Below, one piece after another: positions 33,320 to 40,783 of a DNA stretch of 64,000 nt (position 1 is the stretch's first letter; every line of letters starts with the position of its first letter). Origin of the DNA: Actinomycetes bacterium (lineage in GTDB: Bacteria > Actinomycetota > Acidimicrobiia > Acidimicrobiales > JAMCPL01); assembly GCA_021816935.1 (NCBI GenBank), contig JAKAWR010000006.1, positions 86,977 to 150,976 on the forward strand, read 5' to 3'. Under the pieces are notes generated by a model, which saw only the letters and a program-made list of their open reading frames with translations, ran no database searches and was not told where the DNA came from. The translations under genes and the position numbers were made by a program.

Positions 33320-36154
33320 GTGACCCGCCGATTGCCGTATCATTTGAGCGTGGCGCGTCTCGTCGAGCGGGAGCAGGTTATTGCAGCAGTGGGGGGTGCG
33401 CTGTATCGCGCCCATGAAGGCAAGGGAACGGCGCTGTTTGTAATCGGTGAGCCAGGTTTGGGCAAGACCTCCGTTCTCCACGAGGCCAGATTGATGGCTG
33501 AGGACTTCATAGCGGCGTCGGCCGGTTGCTTCGAGAACGAGACGTCGCTGCCGTTCGGCTTGCTGGATCGCCTCTTCGAAGGACTCGGAGCACCGCTCAG
33601 CGGTGACTGCCGCGAAGCCGCTGGCGGTGATGCCGGCGACCGGCGGGCCACCCGTTACAGCGCGCTGATGGGATGGCTCCGGGGCAGCGCGCCCTCCAAG
33701 CTGCTTCTCTGCGTGGACGATGTTCACTGGGCCGACCCTGACTCGCTGACCCTGCTGTCGATGATCTGTCGTAGGCTGGAGGGGCTGGGAGTTGCGCTGG
33801 TCGCGGCCATGCGTCCCTGGCCATCCGCGGCAGCCGATTGCGCCAGAGGCCTTGCCGCAGACGGGTGTGCCGTCGTCGAGAAGTTGGCCGTCCTTTCGCC
33901 CGAAGGAGCCGAAGGCCTCCTGTTGGGAGGTGGGGCCCAGCTCCAGCGTACGCCCGGCGAGATCCGCGATGCGGTTGTGGCATGTGCGGGCAACCCGCTC
34001 TTACTGAGGGAGGTGGCGGAAGCCTGGAGTCGCGGTGACGATGTGCTGGGAGATGGGTCAGCCGGAATGCTGCAGGAAAGGATATTGCTGCCGAGGTTCG
34101 CAGGTACGGGCCAGTCCGGTTATGAGTTGGCCCGCTGTGCCGCCATTCTCGGCACTCGCTTTGATATGACAGCCGCGGCCGCAATCGCACAGTTGCCGGG
34201 ATCCGAAGTTGCCGAGGCGCTGGAGGCACTCTTACGGACCGGCCTCGTGAGGGAGGCAGGCGCTGAGTGCTGCGACTTCGTCCACCCGCTCTTCAGGCAG
34301 GCACTTTACGATGGCATGCCCGCTCCACTGCGCGAAAGCCTGCATGTCCGTGCCTTCGAGGTGCTGCTTGCCCGGGGGAGTCCGGCTGAGGCTGCACCGC
34401 ACGCGGTTGCCGGCCGGATGCTGGGCGACGGCAAGGCCGTGGATACGATGCTGTCGGTTGGCCGGGCAGCTCTTGCGGCTGGAGCGCCTGCGAGCGGGGC
34501 CCGTGATCTTGCCAGCGCGATCGAATTGGCCGGCGGCAACGTATCCCCAGCGCTGCACGTCGAGCTCGCTCAGGCTCGGCTCGTCGCGGGCCAGGTGGAC
34601 GAAGCAATCGAGGGATTGAACAGTGTCCTTTCGCGTAACGGGCTTTCTGACGACGATCGCCTGATGGCGCTCAGGATGCTCGTGCAGGCGTACTTCGGTC
34701 TGGGCAACAGCCGGGATGTGGACCGCTTGGAGGCCCAAGCGGTCGAGCTGGCAGTACGGGTCGACGTGAGCGCAGCGTGCGATATCCTGCTCGATTCGTC
34801 CTTCGTAGGATGGCTGACGGAGGGCCCTGTTGCTGCGCAGCGGAAGGTTAGCCAGGTTATGGACTTGATCGCCGAGCACGGGATCGATGACGAGCGCCTG
34901 CTGGCAACGGTGAGCGCGGCCCGCGCAAACCTCGCCTTCATCCAGGGGAACCCGACAGGGGATGAGGTACTGTCAGAGCTTTACCTTGTCAAGAGCGGAA
35001 GGTCAGTGCTCCCGGGGACCTGGGACGCGACATTCGGCTACGTCAACTTATCGAAGCTGGCTGAGCGGTTCGACGAGGATTCGGAGGAGTACCTTGCGAT
35101 GGCGACGGCAGCGGAGAACGAGGGCGCCGTTCTCGCATTCCAGACGTACTCCATTAACTACGCTGACACGCTGTGGAGGATCGGGCGGATTCAGGAGGCG
35201 TACGAGCTTGTGGGCCGTGCCTCCGACCTGGCCGACCTGGTCCCGGGGCTGATGCCATTCGCATGGGTCGGGATGGCGCATCTCTCCCAGGAGCTGGGTC
35301 TCGACGAGCAGAGCCGAGAGTGGGCTCGCCGCCTTGACGAGTTACTTGGCTTCATTGGCGAGTCTGCCTACCTGCGCCTGTGGCTGACCATGTTCGAAGT
35401 ACGGGATCGCCTCAGGACAGGCCATGTCGATGATGCGGCAGATGCCGCTCTGCGCCTGGCGGAGCTGGCCGAGGCGTCGTCCATACGTGAGCCCTGCGTG
35501 GTGCCGTGGCATGCCACGGCAATCGAGGCTCTTGTGACTGCGGGTCGCCTCGACGGTGCGGCAAAGCTCATCGAGGACCTCGAAAAGGTTAACGAGCGAC
35601 TGCCGTGCCACACCCCGAAGGCCGCCGCGGCCGCGGGGAGGGCTATGATCGCTTGGCGCGCCGGCGACGAGGAAGGGGCAGAACGGCTTTTTGATAAGGC
35701 TCTTACTCACAACGCCGCCGTGCCGATGCCGCTGGCGCACGCCGAGACCCTGATCGCAAAGGGACGGTTTCTGCGTCAAACGGGCCGGGCAGTGGAGGCG
35801 AGGGGGGTGCTGCGCCAGGCACTCGAGATTGTGGATCCGCTGGGAGCGGTAAGGCTGCAACGCATCGCCCAGATCGAGCTGTCGGCAGCCGGAGGGCGGC
35901 GCAGCCGAGCCGGGGGGCGTCCGGGAGCGAACGACCTGACCGCTCAGGAGGCCCGGGTAGCGGAGCTCGCCGCCGGAGGACTGACGAACAAGCAGATTGC
36001 ATTGCAGATGTTCCTCTCTCCGAAGACTGTCGATCACCACCTCTCGCGTGCCTACAGCAAGCTTGGCATCAGCTCCCGCCGTGAGCTGATGCTCAGAGCC
36101 TCAGAGTTGCTTGCCTGGCGCGACCGCACCGAGAGTGCTGGGAACCGGGCCTGA
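33320..36154 (+). CDS. LAL-type regulator: N-terminal P-loop ATPase, helical repeat region, and a C-terminal LuxR HTH
   Basis: Walker A GEPGLGKTS, Walker B-like LLLCVDDVHWADPDS, and C-terminal LTAQEARVAELAAGGLTNKQIALQMFLSPKTVDHHLSRAYSKLGISSRREL. Confidence 0.85.
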   Translation: MTRRLPYHLSVARLVEREQVIAAVGGALYRAHEGKGTALFVIGEPGLGKTSVLHEARLMAEDFIAASAGCFENETSLPFGLLDRLFEGLGAPLSGDCREAAGGDAGDRRATRYSALMGWLRGSAPSKLLLCVDDVHWADPDSLTLLSMICRRLEGLGVALVAAMRPWPSAAADCARGLAADGCAVVEKLAVLSPEGAEGLLLGGGAQLQRTPGEIRDAVVACAGNPLLLREVAEAWSRGDDVLGDGSAGMLQERILLPRFAGTGQSGYELARCAAILGTRFDMTAAAAIAQLPGSEVAEALEALLRTGLVREAGAECCDFVHPLFRQALYDGMPAPLRESLHVRAFEVLLARGSPAEAAPHAVAGRMLGDGKAVDTMLSVGRAALAAGAPASGARDLASAIELAGGNVSPALHVELAQARLVAGQVDEAIEGLNSVLSRNGLSDDDRLMALRMLVQAYFGLGNSRDVDRLEAQAVELAVRVDVSAACDILLDSSFVGWLTEGPVAAQRKVSQVMDLIAEHGIDDERLLATVSAARANLAFIQGNPTGDEVLSELYLVKSGRSVLPGTWDATFGYVNLSKLAERFDEDSEEYLAMATAAENEGAVLAFQTYSINYADTLWRIGRIQEAYELVGRASDLADLVPGLMPFAWVGMAHLSQELGLDEQSREWARRLDELLGFIGESAYLRLWLTMFEVRDRLRTGHVDDAADAALRLAELAEASSIREPCVVPWHATAIEALVTAGRLDGAAKLIEDLEKVNERLPCHTPKAAAAAGRAMIAWRAGDEEGAERLFDKALTHNAAVPMPLAHAETLIAKGRFLRQTGRAVEARGVLRQALEIVDPLGAVRLQRIAQIELSAAGGRRSRAGGRPGANDLTAQEARVAELAAGGLTNKQIALQMFLSPKTVDHHLSRAYSKLGISSRRELMLRASELLAWRDRTESAGNRA

Positions 36155-36260
36155 AAACCCTGCCGCCTGGTGCCGTCTGGTACGGTCCCGACCAATGGCG
36201 CCTTGCCGTCCGGCTCCTCGCAGCCTGCCGTCTCGCCAGGTGCGTGACCACGCCGAGGCG

Positions 36261-36692
36261 TCAGGAGGGTGCGGGGCCACCTTGCAAGTCGGCACCACCT
36301 TGCGAACCTGGAGCTGGCGCTGGAGCTGGCGCTGGCGATCCGGTGGGTGTCCAGACCGGGGCGGGACCACTCTGCACGCCGCCGCTTGGCATGCCGCCGC
36401 CCTGTGCGCCCGGTGATCCGGGAGGTGTCCAGGTGGTCGGTGCGGGGGCGTTCTGTATGTCTCCATGTGTTGCAACGAACTGGTCGAGTGCCGAAAGGGC
36501 AGACGCGACCGCCTCGCTCGACCCCCCTTTGCGCTGCTCCGCGTAACAGGCCGCCCCAAGGTCGTGCAACAACGCGTCGTGTTGGCGTTTCAGTTGAACC
36601 TGGTCCAGTTTGGCCTGTCCCTGGGCCACGCCCTCTTTGGCTTTTGCCATGGCCACTTCGGCTTGCGCCTTCACCTTGTCCATTAAACCCAT
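36261..36692 (-). CDS. Hypothetical small protein: N-terminal helical/coiled-coil region plus a Pro/Gly-rich tail
   Basis: MGLMDKVKAQAEVAMAKAKEGVAQGQAKLDQVQLKRQHDALLHDLG...; the tail contains PAPAPAPAP encoded by a short tandem repeat (ctggagctggcg). No family recognised. Confidence 0.5.
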   Translation of the reverse strand: MGLMDKVKAQAEVAMAKAKEGVAQGQAKLDQVQLKRQHDALLHDLGAACYAEQRKGGSSEAVASALSALDQFVATHGDIQNAPAPTTWTPPGSPGAQGGGMPSGGVQSGPAPVWTPTGSPAPAPAPAPGSQGGADLQGGPAPS

Positions 36693-37008
36693 TGCAGGTC
36701 TCCTTTTACTCGTTGCCCATCCCGTGCTGCCAGGCGTTCGCCAGTGGCACCTACCAGAGAATACACCGCCGCCCGGTCCCACCGTGAGGTTCCTGATGCG
36801 CGTAACCAGTGAGATCTGGGGCTCGGGACGGACCGAAGCGCTCGTCGGCCGACAGGCCGCTCGACACTATGCCGAGGTTGGCGTTGAGGACGCTCGCGTT
36901 CTGTGGGGCGAAAGCCACTTGGATCGTCACGCTCTGGCCGGGGCGACTGTACCGTGGCGGCACAAGACTTAGCAGTCACACCTAGCGCCTCGGCCAATCA
37001 ATGCCTCA

Positions 37009-40000
37009 TCACTGGTACCAGCCAACGATGTCGACTATCACGTCGACCGAACCGGCAAGGTTGTAGATAGAGACCTGGCCCGAGGAGCCGAGTTTCGTTA
37101 TTACGAGGTTCGGAGTCGTCTTGCCAGCGACCCAGTTGAGATCGGAGGCAGTGGGCTGCTTCTGGCCTGCTGGCCAAACCGTGAGGTAAGAGCTTCCCGT
37201 AGTATCCGTAGCCGTGACATTCATAACGGCAGCGGTGGCATTAGCCGGGATCGAATTGATGCCTGCGACCGAGATAGTGAGGGTGGCCTTTGAGCCAAGC
37301 GTCGTGGCAAGGCCGTTTGCAGGCGGGAGGTTTTCTTTGTTGCAGAAGGGAGGTGCGAGCATTCCTGCACCGCAGCGCGTATCGGCGATGCGGGAGGGCG
37401 CAATGGGCGTGTAGCTCGTACCCGTTGACGAGAAATACCCCGACACGTCTACCACGGCGTTCGTAGCTGTGTTGGAGACGAGATCAATGGCTCCCCCCGA
37501 GAGCTCGACGACGACTCGGTTCGGCACCGTCTCGCTCTTCGCAAAGTTGAGGCTCGAGGCGACCGGAGGCGAAGCCCCCGCTGGATAGGCCGTGAGGTAG
37601 CCGGCGGCGGACGGACCAGTAGCGGTCAGGTTCAGGACCACTGCCATGGCTGACGCCGGGATCGAACCCACTCCTGCAACATTCACCTTGAGCGGTAGGC
37701 CCGGATTCAGCGTCTTGCCGCCGCACTGCGCCTGGGCACCCGAGAGGTCGGAGGGATTGTTCGGCCTCGTATCGCAGATTCTTACAGGGCTAAGCGCCTG
37801 GAAGAGGGATCCGCCAGAGGAGCTTACGTAGCCCTCGACGTCAACTACTACGTCGGCCGGAGCCGCCGAGCCGTTGTAGATCGATACCTGCCCGGTTGAG
37901 GGAAGGGCAACCTCGACTAGATTTGCCACCACCTCGCCCTTTGCGAAGTTCAGGCTGGACGTTGCAGGCCGAGTGGTCCCCGCAGGGTAGACGGTGAGAT
38001 ATCCGGAGCCTCGTGGGGACACGACGGTTACGTTGAGCACCGCGGCAGTTGCGCTCAGAGAGACGCCCCCGAGGCCGGTTGCCTGTATGTCGAGCGTGGA
38101 ACACGAGTGAATCGTCTCTCCGTCGTAGAGGCTTCCAGAGCCTGGCCTCGTATCGGCGATGCGGTAGGGTCTAACGGGGCTGTAGCTTCCCGCCGCCGGT
38201 GCCGGTGCAGCTGAGGCTGTGTAGCTGACAGCGCATGGAGACGGGCCCATTCCGACAGGTAGGTCCGAGCCTGTGCCGAAGATCGCACCTGAGATCTGGG
38301 AGATCGACGGCGTGGACGAGGAGGTGGCGGTGAAGTTGAGACAGCCGCTTACCGGATCGAAAACCGCCGGAGGATTAACCGGGATCCAAGCCCCGCCTGC
38401 GAACCCGGCGGCAGTAGCGGTTCCGTCGAACCACTCCATCGTTTGACCGAGCGCCACGCCGCACTGCGTCACGGTTACGTCGTTAAAGGTTGCACCTCCG
38501 GACAGGTTGACATCGAAGTAGCTCCCTCCGGCCTGGAATGGGGAGCCCCCCCCGGGATTTCCCGAATAGCTTGTCACGTAGACGGTGCCGGTACCCCCGG
38601 TTGCGGTGGCGGCCGTGTCGGGTACTGCGGTTCCAGGGCCCCCCGCAGAGGCACTTTCCCGAGAGTTGGCGCTCGTTGCTGAATCGGTTCCGGTAACCTG
38701 AGGTCCGCCGGAGGGCGCCGATGTCGCATCCAGAGTAAGGGTGGCAACCGCCGAGGCACCCGCGCTGTCGGTCGCCTCGACGGCTACGGACGTCGTGCCA
38801 GCAGTCGTGGGTGTGCCCGAAAAAGTTCCCTCGGGAGAGAAGCTCAGCCACGAGGGTAGTGAAGCGCCTGGCTGGACTGACCACCTGTAGGGCGCCGTTC
38901 CGCCTCCAGCGGAAAGCGTGGCGGTGTAGGCCGCCCCGACGGTCGCGCCCGGAAGCGGAGAGGTGGTGGTCACCTGCAGGTTCTGGGGGTAGCCATCCCA
39001 GACGTCGACGTTCTGGATGTACGGTCCGCCCCAGAGCCCGGCTGCAACGGTCGTGCCGCTTTGGCCGGAGCCCCCGTCATTGCCATCTGCCTCGGGTGGG
39101 CCGGGGACGAAAGCAGCGGTATATGTGCCGCCGCCTTGTCCACCTGCACCTCCGGTGCCGCCCGAGCCAGCCTCGAGTGTGGCGCCCGAAAACGTGTTGC
39201 CGCTAAGAATGGCGCTGCCCATCGACGGGGGCAGTCCCCCGGCAAAGATCGACGAGCCGAGTGCATCGCCGCCGGCACCACCGCCCCCTCCGTCGGCCCC
39301 GCTGCCCGCCGTTCCGCACGGCACCAGGTTGGTCGGTGGACCGCACAGGGACATGGAAGCGCCTTGGCCACTACCACTGACGAGATTGTTCGGATCGTCG
39401 CCCGCCCCGCCCTCGCCGCCACCCCCACCGGTTGCCCAATTGTCCTTGAAGGTACTGGAGGACACAACGAGCACCGGCGGGGAGCCGATCCCGAAGTTGG
39501 CGAGGTTGAAAGAGGGCCCGCTGTATATCGCCCCGCCGTAGCCGTAGCTTCCCTTGCCGCCGCTGCCGCCCTTGCCTCCGCTGCCACCGTCACCGGGTAC
39601 GGTCGTATCAGACCCTCCGCCTCCGCCTGCCCCGCCACCACTGCCACCTGCCCAATCGTTCTCGAAGGTCGAACCCGTTACGGTGAGTGTGCCGGTGTTG
39701 TATATGGCACCGCCCTTGCCCGCGCCCCCTGATCCGCCCTTGCCGGCATCGTAGCCGGGCTCGTTGTCGAGGCCGTTGCACGGGCCGTTATACCCGTCAC
39801 CGCCCACGCCCCCGCCGCCCCCGAAAGCCTCGTCAGCGTTGAAGGTGGATCCCGTTACAGTGAGCGCCCCTGCGTTGTAGATAGCGCCGCCCTCGCCGCT
39901 ACCACCGTGGCCTCCCTTTCCCCCCTTGATCATGTCGCTGTCGCTGCAGCCGCCGGTGCCTGCGTTCTCGCCCTGCACCTCCCCAGCGCCCAATCCGGCG

Positions 40001-40725
40001 TTTACGATGGCAACGGTCGAGTGTTGGGCTATGTAGATTATGCCACCCTTGTGGTAGTTGAAGGGCCCCTTGCCGGCGTCAGGGGCGTCGTTGTCGTTGG
40101 GAGCCGCCGGGTCGAACTGCTGGAAGTAGGGGTTCCCCGTGATACGGAGGCCCGGTCCATAAGTCGACGTTCCCCCGTTCAGATCGAGGGTTCCCCCGTT
40201 CACATCGAACGCCTGCCAGTCGTCGCCTATGGGGCAGAGATTGACTGATCCAACGGTCGGGATCGATACCGGTGCTGCCTGGCACGCGGCGGGAGCTGTC
40301 CATTCCGGAGCATGGATTGCGACGTGGTTCCCCATCCCGTAGGTGCCTGTGGGGGAAACGGATACCGTGAGGGCCTGGCCTGCCTCGATGACCACGGTCG
40401 AGGGAAGCCTGAAGCCGCCGGAACACGCCATGACGATCGTCCCACCGAGCGCGCTGTCCGGAGAGGTAGTGACGGTGTTCCACGAAGGGCCGAGCAGTGT
40501 CGTGAGGGCCTGGTCGAAGCCCGAGTTGTCCGAGCAATCCGTCACCGTTACGGTCGGGCTGGCAGGACTGCCGGATCGAGGACTGAACGTGGCGCTCTCG
40601 GGAGCGGATCCGGTCGGCGAAAGGGACCACGCCGGTCCACTGGTGGTGGTGAGAAGGACGATTCCGAGCACGGAAAGGCTTGCCGACGCGAGGCCGCTCC
40701 TCAGCTGCCACCTCACTGGTACCAT
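37009..40725 (-). CDS. Giant secreted protein A: Gly-rich Pmp-like (GGAI/FxxN) beta-helix region, Ig-like domain, an unassigned domain, and three C-terminal DTR...GWY repeats
   Basis: Signal-peptide-like start MVPVRWQLRSGLASASLSVLGIVLLTTTSGPAWS. Pmp-type repeats GGAIYNAGALTVTGSTFNADEA and GGAIYNTGTLTVTGSTFENDWA. Ig-like PLPGATVGAAYTATLSAGGGTAPYRWSV. Three ~125-aa C-terminal repeats; the protein ends in VGWYQ. The longest ORF extends to 40806 and overlaps gene B. Confidence 0.8.
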   Translation of the reverse strand: MVPVRWQLRSGLASASLSVLGIVLLTTTSGPAWSLSPTGSAPESATFSPRSGSPASPTVTVTDCSDNSGFDQALTTLLGPSWNTVTTSPDSALGGTIVMACSGGFRLPSTVVIEAGQALTVSVSPTGTYGMGNHVAIHAPEWTAPAACQAAPVSIPTVGSVNLCPIGDDWQAFDVNGGTLDLNGGTSTYGPGLRITGNPYFQQFDPAAPNDNDAPDAGKGPFNYHKGGIIYIAQHSTVAIVNAGLGAGEVQGENAGTGGCSDSDMIKGGKGGHGGSGEGGAIYNAGALTVTGSTFNADEAFGGGGGVGGDGYNGPCNGLDNEPGYDAGKGGSGGAGKGGAIYNTGTLTVTGSTFENDWAGGSGGGAGGGGGSDTTVPGDGGSGGKGGSGGKGSYGYGGAIYSGPSFNLANFGIGSPPVLVVSSSTFKDNWATGGGGGEGGAGDDPNNLVSGSGQGASMSLCGPPTNLVPCGTAGSGADGGGGGAGGDALGSSIFAGGLPPSMGSAILSGNTFSGATLEAGSGGTGGAGGQGGGTYTAAFVPGPPEADGNDGGSGQSGTTVAAGLWGGPYIQNVDVWDGYPQNLQVTTTSPLPGATVGAAYTATLSAGGGTAPYRWSVQPGASLPSWLSFSPEGTFSGTPTTAGTTSVAVEATDSAGASAVATLTLDATSAPSGGPQVTGTDSATSANSRESASAGGPGTAVPDTAATATGGTGTVYVTSYSGNPGGGSPFQAGGSYFDVNLSGGATFNDVTVTQCGVALGQTMEWFDGTATAAGFAGGAWIPVNPPAVFDPVSGCLNFTATSSSTPSISQISGAIFGTGSDLPVGMGPSPCAVSYTASAAPAPAAGSYSPVRPYRIADTRPGSGSLYDGETIHSCSTLDIQATGLGGVSLSATAAVLNVTVVSPRGSGYLTVYPAGTTRPATSSLNFAKGEVVANLVEVALPSTGQVSIYNGSAAPADVVVDVEGYVSSSGGSLFQALSPVRICDTRPNNPSDLSGAQAQCGGKTLNPGLPLKVNVAGVGSIPASAMAVVLNLTATGPSAAGYLTAYPAGASPPVASSLNFAKSETVPNRVVVELSGGAIDLVSNTATNAVVDVSGYFSSTGTSYTPIAPSRIADTRCGAGMLAPPFCNKENLPPANGLATTLGSKATLTISVAGINSIPANATAAVMNVTATDTTGSSYLTVWPAGQKQPTASDLNWVAGKTTPNLVITKLGSSGQVSIYNLAGSVDVIVDIVGWYQ

Positions 40726-40783
40726 CCCGCGACGCCCGCTATCACCCTGCGCCTGGCCATGCTCTGCGGCCACTGGCGCCACC

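Noticed and set aside
33320-36154. The large P-loop ATPase plus repeat protein, considered as a STAND/Avs-like antiphage sensor or as the dedicated regulator of the surface-protein operon.
   Set aside because: The C-terminal LuxR HTH and overall layout fit ordinary LAL/MalT-type transcription regulators. It has no effector (nuclease, TIR or protease) domain. It is convergent to, not divergent from, the operon, so a regulatory link is unsupported by sequence alone.
39017-39754. Long Pro-rich plus-strand ORFs (for example 39017-39541 and 39554-39754) opposite protein A.
   Set aside because: They are the antisense reading of the Gly-rich (GGN) region of protein A. They have no start context or domain signatures, so they are a compositional artefact.
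39127-40059. The Gly-rich GGxGG tracts of protein A, considered as mycobacterial PE/PPE-PGRS-like.
   Set aside because: There is no PE/PPE N-terminal domain. The repeats carry the GGAI...FxxN pattern typical of Pmp-type beta-helix repeats, and the protein has a Sec-type signal.
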